The notes: generated from the sequence alone by a model not told the origin. DNA of 64,000 nucleotides from Blastocatellia bacterium (GCA_963765495.1 CAVXWP010000002.1:541476-605475); one strand, 5' to 3'. Shown: positions 21,810 through 33,739, counted from the first letter of the stretch. A program made the numbers and translations.

Positions 21810-22045
21810 CTATCTTCAAATTCTTTGATAATAGCCTCCGGCAGTGGGGCGTCGAAGTCATCAGGCACTATGAAATTCCCCGCAGCTAAAGCAAAAGGGC
21901 GAGGAGAACGAGAGGCTGAAATGATGGGTTTGATTTCAGCAACGGGCTTACCGGCCCTAATAATAATAATACTCTCGCCAGCCTCGACACGTTCGATATA
22001 GGTCAAGAGGTTGCGCTTCATTTCATCTATGGTAATTGGAAGCAT
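21806..22045 (-). CDS. Cassette: Phd/YefM family antitoxin
   Basis: EMKRNLLTYIERVEAGESIIIIRAGKPVAEIKP...VPDDFDAPLP. Confidence 0.9.
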   Translation of the reverse strand: MLPITIDEMKRNLLTYIERVEAGESIIIIRAGKPVAEIKPIISASRSPRPFALAAGNFIVPDDFDAPLPEAIIKEFEDR

Positions 22046-23836
22046 AGGACAATTATCAAGCAGGTTTCTCATAAAATCAAACAAGGGTATGCCGAGGTCG
22101 ATGCGGAGCCTAACACCGAGATAACCGGCCCGCTGTGGTCGGAGGGATAATGAATCGCTGGCACGCGGGTCCGGTTGATTGAGCGGTTAGGCGGTCCCTT
22201 GCCTGTTTCATTTCTTGCGCTTGGCTGACCCTGATCCTCCTATTTTCACTCTCACTTTCTGAGACAGCTTTTCCTGTCATTGCCAAGGAAGCAGCTTGAT
22301 GTGCAAGCTTTGTCCTTCCCATTCAGGCTTCTCTACCCCTTGCCTCAACAGGTGGTTGTGCTGCGAAGGTATCTTTTCGAGGCAGCATTTTCATTGAGCC
22401 AGAGTGAATAATCCTTTGGAAGAAACATCCTATGAAGGAACAAGAGAAGAGAGAAGCGAGCAGGTGGCTGTCCTGGCGATGACTCACCTGAGCATGTTTT
22501 TCCATCACTGTTTGGCGAGTCGTCTCCCTCTCAATCGGTGATCTGACGCCTAACGTCCTGGTTGAGCGGCCCGCTGTGGCATCCCCTTCATCTGAATAGT
22601 TGGCATGCGGGTCCGGTCGAACCGGTTGTTAGGCGCGTTCTGATTTGCAAGTGCGTCACAGATGATTGCATTGGTTCGAGCCGCGCCTGCTTTCTTTGCC
22701 TTACAGCTGTATTTTGGCTCACCCTTTTCGAGAAGCGCGGCGGAGTGTGAGGCTAACAGCTTGGCTCATAGACAGGTCTACTTCGCTGCAATCTGACGAG
22801 CGATGTGAGTTTAAAAGCATTGCTTGTAGGCAGATATTCTTCGTCGCATCCTTGGCAATCAATGCCTCTCTTTCTCACCGACCAACTCCCGGCGCGCTTA
22901 ACACCGAGTTCAGCGGCGCGCCGTGGCCTCCGCTTCAACTGAGTAGCTGGAATGCGCGTCCGCTGGAATGAGCAGTTAGGCGGCTCCTTTCGGGATTCAT
23001 TCATTTCCTTGGGCTTTCCTGACAGGCTTCTTCCATTTCTTATCTCCTGTTTCATCTCAGTTTCTCCTCTTGCGCGCAATTCATACCTTCTCCGCTGGGG
23101 CAGGTTTTCTTGTCGGGGAAACTGCTTGATGTGCCAAGTTCCTCCTTTCCAAACAGTCTTCTCTGGCTCTTTGCTCAACAGGTAATTGGCTGCCGGAGTA
23201 TCTTTGCGAGATAGGTTTATCTTTGAGCAAGCCTGAAAAGAGAGCATCAGAAGAAAGGAGTTCAGATAAGGGAGAGTTGAGAGAAACAAACAGAGTTGAA
23301 TCGGGTAAAAAGGAGCGAGAGGCGAGCAAGTAGCAGTCCTCACTATGTCTCACTCGATCATGTTTTCATATCATTGCTTGGTGAGTCGTATCGGTTGTGA
23401 GATTGACGCCTAACGCCGGAGATAACCGGCGCGCTGTGGCCCCCGATGCCATCCAGAAGGTGGTATGCGCGTCCGGTTGATCGACCAGTTAGGCGCGTTC
23501 TGATTCGCAAGTATGTCACAGATAATTGCCTTCGTAATAGCCGCGCTGGCCCACTTTGCCTTTTAGCGAGGCTTTGACCTATCCTATTAAAGAAGCGCGG
23601 CGAGGTGTGAGGCTGACTCGACAGACGAAGAGAGGTGATCGCTGGTTGCAATCTGAGGGCCAGTGAGAGTCAAACAGCACAGCTTGAAGGCAAGTATTGT
23701 CGGCTGCGATCTAAACGACCAGTGTGATTCACTCTCATCAACCAACCTCCTACGCGCTTAACGCCCCGGTTGACCGGACCGCTGTGGCCTCCCCTTCAAG
23801 CGAGTGGTTGGCTTGCGGGTCCGGTCGAACCGGTTG

Positions 23837-24253
23837 TTAGACGCCGCTTTCAGCCATCAACGCCTTGAACCCTGCTTGCTCAAAATCTTGATCGAATGTC
23901 AGTGCTTCTGTTACTCCAGCATCCTTCATCGCTATAAATGAGATGCAGTCTATCAATCCCCAATCTTTGTCTTCGTACTTCTTGTATAGATCAAATGCCC
24001 GCTCGAACAGTTCTGTCGTGAGCCGTACTATTTGTACTTCCTCAGAGTCCAAGAAATCTTCAATGACATCGATGGCCTCTTGTTTATAATTGCGCGCTAA
24101 TCCGTTCCCGATCTCAAGCAGCACCGCGTCCGTAACGAGCAATGGATTGTCCTCATATTTAGCGGCTAATTCCCCAGCCTTTGCATGGTATTGATCGCGC
24201 GGGTTGATTAAAGCGACGACGAAGAGCGTGTCAACGAAGATTCGGTTCGGCAC
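23837..24253 (-). CDS. vapC: Cassette: VapC PIN toxin
   Basis: IFVDTLFVVALINPRDQYH...WGLIDCISFIAM...ALTFDQDFEQAGF. Confidence 0.92.
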   Translation of the reverse strand: MPNRIFVDTLFVVALINPRDQYHAKAGELAAKYEDNPLLVTDAVLLEIGNGLARNYKQEAIDVIEDFLDSEEVQIVRLTTELFERAFDLYKKYEDKDWGLIDCISFIAMKDAGVTEALTFDQDFEQAGFKALMAESGV

Positions 24254-24458
24254 GTTTTTCTCCGCTCATATAGAGGTCAAAATTTGTAGAGAAGTCTTCT
24301 GGAGCATCTATCTTGATATTTCTCAGCTTTGACATGAAGCTCTGTTTCTGGTCTTGTTGCTTAGATTGAGTGAAGTCCTTCACCAGTTTATACAGTTCGT
24401 CCAAGTCCTGTTCACTGATCCGATCAATCTCAACTTGTATTAGCTCTTTCGTTGTCAT
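24231..24458 (-). CDS. Cassette: putative antitoxin
   Basis: 75 aa overlapping the vapC start; C-terminal IDAPEDFSTNFDLY. Confidence 0.75.
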   Translation of the reverse strand: MTTKELIQVEIDRISEQDLDELYKLVKDFTQSKQQDQKQSFMSKLRNIKIDAPEDFSTNFDLYMSGEKRAEPNLR

Positions 24459-24599
24459 ACGTTGCTCCCTTCACCAACATTATTAATCATCCGGGCAATC
24501 GAGGCAACTGCACCTCAGGCGTCTAACGCAGGCATCAGCGGCCCGCTAGCAGCAAAGGGATAATGAGGAGGTGGTTTGCGGGTCCGCTGGAATGAGCAG

Positions 24600-25547
24600 T
24601 TAGGCTCTCGCACCCTCAGACTCATCGATTTCTTTATTTTGGTTTCCTTCCCAACAGAGTGGGAGATCAAGATCATCAATAAGCGAGGGAGCATCAGGAT
24701 CACCTGTTCCTATGAATATCTTACTTGGCTCCCATTCAAGCAAAACCCTCGCTATCATTCTTGTTGCTTGTGTTCTAACACTTGGCTTTTTCCTGATTAA
24801 GACATGCTCATCATAATTACTACAAGTATAGTGCAGATGCTTCCCGCATCTATGTAAATGACCTTGATATATAGTCTCCCCTTTCAGGGAAATTAAAACT
24901 GCTATTGACGGGAAGGTAGGATTAACATAGATCGAACATTGAGAGTCACTTTCCCAAGATTCCTCTGTGAGCTTCTTTGCCATATTTTCATCAATTGTAT
25001 TGCTGAGGCTCGATGAACAAGTTGGGCAATAGTCTATATCTAGCGGTTCGCTTAGTGTAATGAGCTTAATACCTTTGCCAAGCCATTCCAATTCAGACAA
25101 TGCTCCATCAATCCATTGTTCGGGTGGTCCGCTTGCCACAAGATGGTAAACTCGCTCAAATTCGATCTTTTGATTCTGCCACTGAAGGATTAGCCTCATT
25201 GAGTGAATCTGTGAATGAGTACCATAGAGATTCAAGACAGCCAATATTTTGGGGCTAGGCTTCGCTGCTTCCTCAACGAATGCCTCCCAGGATTTCTTAA
25301 ACTCAAGGATACGGTCAGCGCCCAATTCAATATGATTACTTGTGTAAGCTCCTGGCCTATGATGGGCATCGTGGTCCTTAACGCAAAGCACAGCCAAATT
25401 AGGATCAACCGTATTTGATGCATCACCATCAATATGATGAATGTTTAGCCCGATCCCTCGTTGCTTACAAACACAACATGCATTCGCATTTCGTTTTAGC
25501 AAATGTTCTCTTTGTTTTGTAGTTGGATCAACTCGTTTTCTAGACAT
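24600..25547 (-). CDS. Cassette: HNH endonuclease-domain protein
   Basis: CCVC...NIHHIDGDASNTVDPNLAVLCVKDHDAHH. Confidence 0.8.
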   Translation of the reverse strand: MSRKRVDPTTKQREHLLKRNANACCVCKQRGIGLNIHHIDGDASNTVDPNLAVLCVKDHDAHHRPGAYTSNHIELGADRILEFKKSWEAFVEEAAKPSPKILAVLNLYGTHSQIHSMRLILQWQNQKIEFERVYHLVASGPPEQWIDGALSELEWLGKGIKLITLSEPLDIDYCPTCSSSLSNTIDENMAKKLTEESWESDSQCSIYVNPTFPSIAVLISLKGETIYQGHLHRCGKHLHYTCSNYDEHVLIRKKPSVRTQATRMIARVLLEWEPSKIFIGTGDPDAPSLIDDLDLPLCWEGNQNKEIDESEGARA

Positions 25548-25925
25548 ACTTCTGAAAACTTGCGACTCCTTTGGAATTGAGCCCAACGGCCCAATTGATG
25601 TGCGAACGAGCAATTATTGTACGTAGAATAGGCGAGATAATCCATCGTACATGGTCACGTGGGGTTGAAAAAATAAATTTGCTTTGGATTATGCTTACCA
25701 GTGTTTGCGATGTTTCAGCGTGAGCCTAACGCCGAGTTCAGCGGCGCGCTGTGGGCTTCGATGCAAGCGAACAGTTGGCACGCGCGTCCGCTGGAATGAG
25801 CAGTTAGGCCGAATACATCAAATAGCCTGAGAGGCCCTTCTTCGCTAGGTTCAAGAAGTTCAACGAGGGTCACAGCATTACATCTAGCATAGACGACCGC
25901 ACTCCTAATCTTACGGACATTGCTT

Positions 25926-26783
25926 TTAAGCTTCGATGCCCGAGTGTTTTAATAATCCTCGATGAATGCGGTCATGCCGCTTATTCGATAATTCAATGTA
26001 TTTTTCCAACCCATTTAGGCCAATTATGTCGATCCGATAGGATGATCGAGTGTACGATCTGGACTTAAAATGAAACTTCATTGGAGCCATCTCGATTTCA
26101 GCTATATCTATTTCTCCTTGTTCACTCAAATCTGCTGCCAGAAGGATACCATCCAGAATAACAATTGGCTTTACAAAAACTAAGTATGGTGGATTGCTGA
26201 ATACATCTATTACCTTCTCTACCCCTTCCAATTTGGGCCAAGACTCTGCCTTAAGAGCATGCTCGGCAGCCTTACAAACGGATACACATGCCGAATACCA
26301 TTGCGAGGGGCTATTAGGATTCTTAAAGCTCTCGTGAATCCCATACCCATTCCATTTCAATTGCGAGATCAGTGATTCTGAAGTCATATAATCATAAAGA
26401 ATGCGCGGATCAAAAGGTAAATTGTCATAAAACGTCAAATTGTTCCATGCATCACCAGTTCGTAATGGCGTATCGGACAGATCCTCCCTGAAGATTACCT
26501 AAGGTTTCTCGGATTTCTTGACCTCTGCAACTATGTGATACCAACTTTGGATAAGCTTCTTATCATCAAGCTTGTGCATTAACATTCTGTGTGCTTGCAA
26601 ATCACATTCTCTCGTCTTCTGTTCATCTTTATCAAAGTAATTGAGGGTTCCTGAACAAGACCATTCTTTGGCAAGAAAGGTTCTTATTACTCTCATTTCA
26701 GAACCAAATCCAGATTTTTCCAAGTCTTTAATCACACTTTGTTTAAAGGCATTGTTCATAAAACCCATTCTACCAGTATCCAT
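25926..26783 (-). pseudogene. Cassette: hypothetical (PD-(D/E)XK-like) protein with in-frame TAG at 26499-26501
   Basis: ORFs 26499-26783 and 25926-26438 are in the same frame; LEKSGFGSE...RECDLQA...AEVKKSEKP*VIF, where the stop is probably a former TGG. Confidence 0.7.
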
Positions 26784-26886
26784 TTGAATCGTTTAGGCCT
26801 AACACCGAATTCAGCGGCGCGCTGTGGCTCACGATGCAATCGAGGGGGTGGCAAGCGCGTCCGCTGGAATGAGCAGTTAGGCTCAG

Positions 26887-27210
26887 TTAGGGGGCGAACA
26901 TCTCTGTTAATACTGTCAAAACATCTGATTCTATTTTCCTGTTAACCTTCCCTAATTTTCTTACGAGTCTTACTTTGTCAACAGTCCGAATCTGATCCAA
27001 TACGATTTGGCCTTTTTTGCCTTGGAATGTCAAAGCAACTCTCGTTGGGTAGCTTCTTCCTTTCGTTGTCATTGGAGCCACAATCACAGTGTTAATATGT
27101 CTATTCATTTCATCAGGGGAAATGATTAAACAAGGCCGTGTCTTCTTAATCTCACTGCCAATTGTAGGATCAAGATTGATGAGATAGACTTCAAATCTCC
27201 TGACTACCAT
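26887..27210 (-). CDS. mazF: Cassette: MazF/PemK toxin
   Basis: NLDPTIGSEIKKTRPCLIISPDEMN...VIVAPMT...LDQIRTVDKVRL. Confidence 0.93.
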   Translation of the reverse strand: MVVRRFEVYLINLDPTIGSEIKKTRPCLIISPDEMNRHINTVIVAPMTTKGRSYPTRVALTFQGKKGQIVLDQIRTVDKVRLVRKLGKVNRKIESDVLTVLTEMFAP

Positions 27211-27458
27211 TGCCACTCTTCTTCATCCCATTTAGTTGAGTTAGGAAAATAGTCATCAACAGATGAATCATCCTGATTTTCAGTCATAGTTTGAAAGGCT
27301 TGATCCCAAACATGCCTGGGATGCTGAGCAGATCGAATAATAATTTGATTGTCGAGTGCCTCAAGGTCAACCTCATCAGTAATGTTACTCTGTTCCAAGA
27401 GTAACTTTGGGATGCGAATACCTTGGGAATTACCAATTTTTATAATACGAGATTTCAT
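27204..27458 (-). CDS. mazE: Cassette: AbrB/MazE antitoxin
   Basis: IIKIGNSQGIRIPKLLLEQ...WDEEEWQW. Confidence 0.92.
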   Translation of the reverse strand: MKSRIIKIGNSQGIRIPKLLLEQSNITDEVDLEALDNQIIIRSAQHPRHVWDQAFQTMTENQDDSSVDDYFPNSTKWDEEEWQW

Positions 27459-27647
27459 AAGCACAATGTAATTACGAAGAGGCCAATAAGTCAAGTAAGA
27501 AAAGCAAGCGAGTTCCAGTAGACAAGTGCGAGCCTAACGCCGAGTTCAGCGGCGCGCTGTGGTTGGAGGGATAATGAAACATTGGTATGCGCGTCCGCTG
27601 GAATGAGCAGTTAGGCCGGTTTGCAAGGCTCATTTGTTGTATCGCTA

Positions 27648-28076
27648 TCAAAGTGCAAAAGGATTGGTTATCTTTAGCCGATTCTCTATTATCATTCCTC
27701 CACTCATATCTTCTGTGTACAGCATCTCTGCTGCTCCCAACAGCGCACTTGAAACGATGAGGCTGTCCCAAAAAGAAAACTGCAACTTCTCCCGTAGCTC
27801 TGAACCCTTCAACAATATGCTTCTGTCCATAACAACGACATCGTATTTATTATAGAAAGAGATGATGAGTGGTTGAAGACGTTGTTCATCGAATTGAGCT
27901 TTCTTGATGAGGTTGACACATATCTCATTAATGACTTGAGTGCTGACGATTATGTCGTTTTGTTGAATTATTGTTTTTGCAATAACTGATTTGTTCAGGT
28001 CTTGACCAGGAATAAAAGCATATAGCCAAATATTGGTATCAATAAAACATAAGGGTGTAGGACTAAGGTTGCTCAT
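27648..28076 (-). CDS. Cassette: PIN-domain toxin
   Basis: FIDTNIWLYA...STQVINEICVNL...SFWDSLIVSSAL...LYTEDM...ITNPF. Confidence 0.9.
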   Translation of the reverse strand: MSNLSPTPLCFIDTNIWLYAFIPGQDLNKSVIAKTIIQQNDIIVSTQVINEICVNLIKKAQFDEQRLQPLIISFYNKYDVVVMDRSILLKGSELREKLQFSFWDSLIVSSALLGAAEMLYTEDMSGGMIIENRLKITNPFAL

Positions 28077-28275
28077 AAATCTCTTCTCTCGCAAGAGGGC
28101 TGAATCCTTCAATGTTGAGGGGGTGAGCTAGAAGGTGTTCGATCATATCAAAATTTTCAGAGTTGTCTTCTGTAAGAAGAATGACCCGCACAACACCTTT
28201 GAACCTATCCCTGTGTTCTTCAGGAATAGTGATATTTCCGTCTCTTACTCTCGTTTGAAACTCAATTGCATTCAT
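28063..28275 (-). CDS. Cassette: putative antitoxin
   Basis: 70 aa MNAIEFQTRVRDGNITIPEE...AREEIYE overlapping the PIN gene. Confidence 0.75.
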   Translation of the reverse strand: MNAIEFQTRVRDGNITIPEEHRDRFKGVVRVILLTEDNSENFDMIEHLLAHPLNIEGFSPLAREEIYEQP

Positions 28276-28308
28276 AACTTAATTCCCTTCAATCTCTCTG
28301 CAATAAGA

Positions 28309-28409
28309 CAATGAAGCTCCTCGCAGCAAGCTGCGAGGTATCGCGCAAGAGGGGAGGAAATGGAGCCGCAGCAAGCTGCGGGGAATTGCCTGACCCTCCT
28401 CAGATTAAA
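28309..28409. repeat. Twin-hairpin element resembling IS200/IS605 ends or a REP doublet
   Basis: cctcgcagcaagctgcgagg and ccgcagcaagctgcgg, the same palindrome twice about 45 bp apart. Confidence 0.55.
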
Positions 28410-28659
28410 GCGTCGAGCGTACTAGGTCAAGTGCGAGGGCCTAACGACGAGTTCAGCGGCGCGCCGGTACCAATGGGATATTGAAACGTTGGCAAGCGCG
28501 TCCGCTGGAATGAGCAGTTAGGCTTGCCCCCGATAAGCAGCTAGTGCCATTTCAACAAAGCAATCCATTTTCTACTCAGTCCGATTTCAAAAGCGATATT
28601 GGGAAGGCAAAACAGCTTTCTTGCCATACTACGATGGGGGGCAAAACGAGATGGTAGCG

Positions 28660-28965
28660 TTAGGAGTAGTCGGGTACATAGCAAAAGTATTTCGCTCTCC
28701 CAGTACCCTGACATCTGGAACAAGCTAAAACGGCTCGTTTATCCATTCCGCTGGGATACTGCCCTATTACCGGCCCAGCGACTGTCCGACTCCCATTGCA
28801 GGCATCGCATTGTCCCTCATACTCAAATCTCTTCACCTGCCCAGTGCCGCCACACTGTTGACATATCCGTGTGGCAGAGCGGTATCCACTCTTCTCGAAT
28901 CCAGCATCGTAGGATTCTGTGTATGTTTCCTTGCCCGAACCGCTACATTTATCACAGATCGTCAT
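28660..28965 (-). CDS. Cassette: DnaJ-type CxxCxGxG zinc-finger protein
   Basis: CDKCSGSG, CQQCGGTG, CDACNGS, CSRCQGTG. Confidence 0.75.
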   Translation of the reverse strand: MTICDKCSGSGKETYTESYDAGFEKSGYRSATRICQQCGGTGQVKRFEYEGQCDACNGSRTVAGPVIGQYPSGMDKRAVLACSRCQGTGRAKYFCYVPDYS

Positions 28966-30019
28966 AAACGAAAGCACCTCCGTTTCGAGAAATGTGTCAC
29001 TTCGGAACTAACTCCAAAGCAGTTGCCCTAAAGAACAAAGATGTTATGTAAAATGGGAGAGATTTTCAATTTGAAACAACAGCCAATCCTCATAAAAATA
29101 GAGCTGATGCTGCATTATCCATACAAAGAATTTCAGAGTAACAATGAGAGCCTAACACCGAGATAACCGGCCCGCTGTGGTCGGAGGGATAATGAATCGC
29201 TGGCACGCGGGTCCGGTTGATTGAGCGGTTAGGCGGTCCCTTGCCTGTTTCATTTCTTGCGCTTGGCTGACCCTGATCCTCCTATTTTCACTCTCACTTT
29301 CTGAGACAGCTTTTCCTGTCATTGCCAAGGAAGCAGCTTGATGTGCAAGCTTTGTCCTTCCCATTCAGGCTTCTCTACCCCTTGCCTCAACAGGTGGTTG
29401 TGCTGCGAAGGTATCTTTTCGAGGCAGCATTTTCATTGAGCCAGAGTGAATAATCCTTTGGAAGAAACATCCTATGAAGGAACAAGAGAAGAGAGAAGCG
29501 AGCAAGAGGCTCTCCTCGCTATGACTCGCCTGAACTGGTTTTCGTAGCGTTGCTTGTTGAGTCGTTTCCCTTTCATCGGTGATCTAACGCCTAACGCCGA
29601 GATAACCGGCGCGCTGTGGTCGGAGGGATAATGAGGCGTTGGAATGCGGGTCCGGTTGATGGACCAGTTAGGCGCATTCCACCTTGAAGGTTCGGTAAAG
29701 ATACCACTGTCGAAATGCCAAGCCGCGCCAACAGATAGCTTCGACTCAACCGGAATTTATCGGGTAGCGCGGCGCAGTGATTGTGTCAGTACACTTTGTA
29801 GACATGTAGTCTGATTGCTTGGTTGACGATCAGTGTAGCTCATTATCACGGATCGCTTCCCTGTGCGCTTAACGCAGGCATCAGCGGCCCGCTGTGGTGA
29901 AAGGGAAAATGAGGAGTTGGCAAGCGGGTCCGCTGAATGCCTCAGTTAGGCCCGACTCTGAGTCTGCATCGCTATGCGTGTTCACAGGTATGTGTTCATA
30001 ACCACTTCTTACTGTAACG

Positions 30020-30529
30020 TCAAACTCCTGTGACATCTGATAGCACTGTTGGTCGCCCGTCACCTTTCATTTCCACTATGCTTAAACTTCCATCCGTTTC
30101 AAGTACTACTGCTTCGACCTCCTCTTCTCCTTTTATGCCTTGACTGCGGATCGCTTGAAGTATCTCCCCTTCGTTCACTCGCTCCGCTTTCATCGCACTC
30201 CTAAGAAATACTCCTCGATGAAATAGTAACTTCGGCTCTGACTTGACCAACTTGCTTATTGTCTTTGAACGAATTGAAAGCCAGGTGATTATGAATTGAA
30301 GAAATATCAACAAGGAAAGAGCCAGCAATCCTTCTGCAAGTGGAGTATTCTTGGAGAGAATGATTGTGGCTAAAATTGACCCCAAGGCAACTGTCACTAC
30401 GAAGTCAAAGGCATTCATTTTAGAAAGAGTTCGTTTGCCAGAAATGCGGAGTAATAGGATAAGAGTAGGATAGGTGCAGATGGTGGCAACAGCAATTCGT
30501 GCCAACCCAGACCAGCTAGTGAAGAACAT
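30020..30529 (-). CDS. Cassette: DUF421 (YetF-like) membrane protein
   Basis: LRISGKRTLSKMNAFDFVVTVALGS...AVVLETDGSLS. Confidence 0.9.
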   Translation of the reverse strand: MFFTSWSGLARIAVATICTYPTLILLLRISGKRTLSKMNAFDFVVTVALGSILATIILSKNTPLAEGLLALSLLIFLQFIITWLSIRSKTISKLVKSEPKLLFHRGVFLRSAMKAERVNEGEILQAIRSQGIKGEEEVEAVVLETDGSLSIVEMKGDGRPTVLSDVTGV

Positions 30530-32012
30530 ATCAACTCCCCGAGTAAATTGAACAAGCGTCTTGAGAGATTATACATGACAGGAAACATTTTGGGCTTAAC
30601 GCCGGAGATAACCGGCCCGCTGTGGCCCCCGATGCCATTGAGAAGGTGGCAAGCGCGTCCGGTTCATGGACCTGTTAGGCGCATTCTACCTTGCAGGTTC
30701 ATTACAGTTGGGCTTGTCTCACATCAAGCCGCGCTGATAGTTTGCTTCCCGTTGACCAATAAATCACAAATAGCGCGGCGCGGTGATTGTGTCAATACTG
30801 TTGGCAGACAGGTGATCTGATTGCTCCGTTTACGATCAGTGTCGCTCATTTTCACGGATGGCTTTCCTGTGCGCCTAACACCGAGATAACCGGCCCGCTG
30901 TGGGCTCAGGGATAACGAGAAGTTGGTTTGCGGGTCCGGTTGATCGACTTGTTAGGCGGCTCCCCTTGCTGATTTATCTCTTCGCCTTCGCTCGTTTTCA
31001 TCTTCCAATCCTCTTCCTCCCTTCTCTTTGCAGTTTCTTCCTGACTGCTTAAAAGCTGTTTGCCTGGTCGAAAGCTTCCTTCCCAAGCAGGTCTGCTTTG
31101 GCCAAGGCTTATCAGGCAAACTGGCTTGAAGAGGCTCTTTGGCAAATAACCCAGAGACAGAGCATAGCTGAAAGCACTGCATTGTAGAAGTGTGAGCCTG
31201 ATGAAGGCGAGAAGATTGATCGTTCTCGGCAGTGACTCCATAACAGGTCTTTTTGGCATCGCTTGATGAGCCGTTTCCTCTCTATCGATATTCTGACGCC
31301 TAACGCCGGAGATAACCGGCGCGCTGTGGCCTGCAATGCAAGCGAGACATTGGTATGCGCGTCCGGTTGATGGACCAGTTAGGCGCATTCCACCTTGTAG
31401 GTTCAATAGAGTTACTCGTTCCCCTCTGCCAAGGCGCGCCCAGTGTTGATTTGCTTTTCAATCAGCAAATATAGGAGGGCGCGGCGGACTGATTGTGTCA
31501 GCACTGTTGGCAGGCAATTAGTCTGATTGCTTCATAGACGAGTAGTATGCCTCTTTTTCACGGATGGCTTTCCTGTGCGCTTAACGCCGGAGATAACCGG
31601 CGCGCTGTGGCCCCCGATGCCATCCAGAAGGTGGTATGCGCGTCCGGTTGATCGACCAGTTAGGCGCGTTCTGATTCGCAAGTATGTCACAGATAATTGC
31701 CTTCGTAATAGCCGCGCTGGCCCACTTTGCCTTTTAGCGAGGCTTTGACCTATCCTATTAAAGAAGCGCGGCGAGGTGTGAGGCTGACTCGACAGACGAA
31801 GAGAGGTGATCGCTGGTTGCAATCTGAGGGCCAGTGAGAGTCAAACAGCACAGCTTGAAGGCAAGTATTGTCGGCTGCGATCTAAACGACCAGTGTGATT
31901 CACTCTCATCAACCAACCTCCTACGCGCTTAACGACGAGTTCAGCGGCGCGCCGGTAGCTGATGGAACGCGAGCAGTTGGAATGCGCGTCCGCTGGAATG
32001 AGCAGTTAGGCT

Positions 32013-33496
32013 CAATACCTGTCAAATAAGCCACGAGACGGCATTTATGGCATACTTTCGAGTTGATAGAAACGAAAGTTGTCAAGGAGCCGCCTCGCTT
32101 GAGTTACAAAATACGCCATATTACCGATGAACGAAAGTTCTGTGATCATCTCTCTATTGATGCCATCTCTGATGCCGTCTCTATTGAATTAATCCAAGAG
32201 GTTCTTGATCTCCACAATGCCTCTCACAAACGACATCGCAAACTCACTATGAGCGCTGTCGTGCTCATTATCATCGCTATGAATCTGTTTTCACATTTCT
32301 CTATTGGACATGTCGTGCGGAGAGTCTTTCAGGGTTTGCGTTTCATCTGGCCTGATCCTGACTTTCCTCCTCCTAAACACAATGCAATATCTTATCGTCG
32401 TTACCAGTTGGGGCCTCGTCCTTTAGTCTCATTGTTTCATCGTGTTGCACAACCTATGGCAACAGATGAAACTCGTGGCGCTTTTGCATTTGGACTGCGA
32501 TTAATGGCCCTTGACGGCTCTATTGAAGAAGCCCCGGACACTCCGGAAAATGATGCTGCTTTTGGGCGGTTGGCTTCTGATCGCGGGAAGTGTTGCTTCG
32601 TGCAAATTCAGGCTGTCTACCTTGTAGAATGTGGCACTCATGCCATTATTGATGCAGGATTTTGGCCTGCAAAAAGCAGTGAACGAGTTGGAGGTTTTCG
32701 CCTGCTAAGAAGCCTGGGAAAAGGGATGCTTTTGATGTGGGATAGAGGCTTTCACTCCTATGATATGGTAGTTGCGACACTTGAGCGAGGGTCTCAATGT
32801 CTTGGTAGATTGCCTGACAATGTGAAACCGGAACACCTTTGCACGCTAGAAGATGGAACGTGGTTAGGCTATATCAGACCAACACAAAAAGGACGGCGAA
32901 ATAAAGAAGACAAACAGTTGGTTCGGATAATCTCTTACACTTTTACAGACCCGACCCAAGCAGGATACCAGAAGAGATACCGCATAGTCACAACACTATT
33001 GGATGAAAGGAAGTATCCGGCCAAAGAGTTGGTGTGTTTGTATCACGAGCGATGGGAAATCGAGATAGTCATAGATGAGATAGATACACATCAACGACTA
33101 GCAGGAAGGCCATTGAGAAGCCTAAAACCAGAGGGAGTCATACAAGAGTTATACGCATTATTGATAGCGCATTATGCAGTAAGAAAACTGATACACGAAG
33201 CAGCAAATGAGGCAGAAGTAGACCCGGATCGGATAAGTTTTGTAGGAGCATTGAGGATAATCCAAGAAGCAATACCAGAATTCCAAATGGTAGAAAAGGA
33301 GCAAAAGGAGCAATTATACAAGAGGCTATTGAGAGATATAGGAGAGCAAAGGTTACCAGAAAGGCGAGCCAGATCGAATCCGCGAGTAGTGAAGAGAAAG
33401 ATGAGTGGGTTCAATCTGAAGCGACCACAGCATTACAACTGGCCCAAGCCACAGCTACGATTTTGTGATGCTATTTTGCTTATTTGACAGGTATTG
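32013..33496 (+). mobile_element. IS4-family insertion sequence inserted at an attC boundary
   Basis: Perfect 19-bp IR caatacctgtcaaataagc; 10-bp target duplication cagttaggct (32003-32012, 33497-33506). Confidence 0.93.
32063..33487 (+). CDS. IS4-family transposase
   Basis: GLRLMALDGS, LLMWDRGF, LYHERWEIE (YREK motif), RSNPRVVKRK. Confidence 0.92.
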   Translation: MIETKVVKEPPRLSYKIRHITDERKFCDHLSIDAISDAVSIELIQEVLDLHNASHKRHRKLTMSAVVLIIIAMNLFSHFSIGHVVRRVFQGLRFIWPDPDFPPPKHNAISYRRYQLGPRPLVSLFHRVAQPMATDETRGAFAFGLRLMALDGSIEEAPDTPENDAAFGRLASDRGKCCFVQIQAVYLVECGTHAIIDAGFWPAKSSERVGGFRLLRSLGKGMLLMWDRGFHSYDMVVATLERGSQCLGRLPDNVKPEHLCTLEDGTWLGYIRPTQKGRRNKEDKQLVRIISYTFTDPTQAGYQKRYRIVTTLLDERKYPAKELVCLYHERWEIEIVIDEIDTHQRLAGRPLRSLKPEGVIQELYALLIAHYAVRKLIHEAANEAEVDPDRISFVGALRIIQEAIPEFQMVEKEQKEQLYKRLLRDIGEQRLPERRARSNPRVVKRKMSGFNLKRPQHYNWPKPQLRFCDAILLI

Positions 33497-33499
33497 CAG

Positions 33500-33739
33500 T
33501 TAGGCTGCCTCCAAAACCTTCTTGGCTACGTCTTTTCCGGCCGTTGGTGGAGGCAAAGGTCTTCCATCTCTTTTCAATAAATCAATCCATTCATCCACAA
33601 TCTGACATAGTTCTGCAAATACCTGCGCTTCATCGTTTCCATGACAACAGGGACCTATGATTCCTGGGCATTGCCCCACAAAACAATTGTCTTCATCTGA
33701 CCATTCAACAATCTTGATATAGCGGGCGCTTTCTTTCAT
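33500..33739 (-). CDS. hicB: Cassette: HicB-like antitoxin
   Basis: IVEWSDEDNCFVGQCPG...HG...DEWI...DGRPLPPP. Confidence 0.8.
   Translation of the reverse strand: MKESARYIKIVEWSDEDNCFVGQCPGIIGPCCHGNDEAQVFAELCQIVDEWIDLLKRDGRPLPPPTAGKDVAKKVLEAA

Noticed and set aside
29821-29860. TTGACG/TTGACA in family A cassettes as a sigma70 promoter
   Set aside because: No acceptable -10 box lies 16-18 bp downstream in the copies inspected; promoter activity cannot be claimed from sequence.
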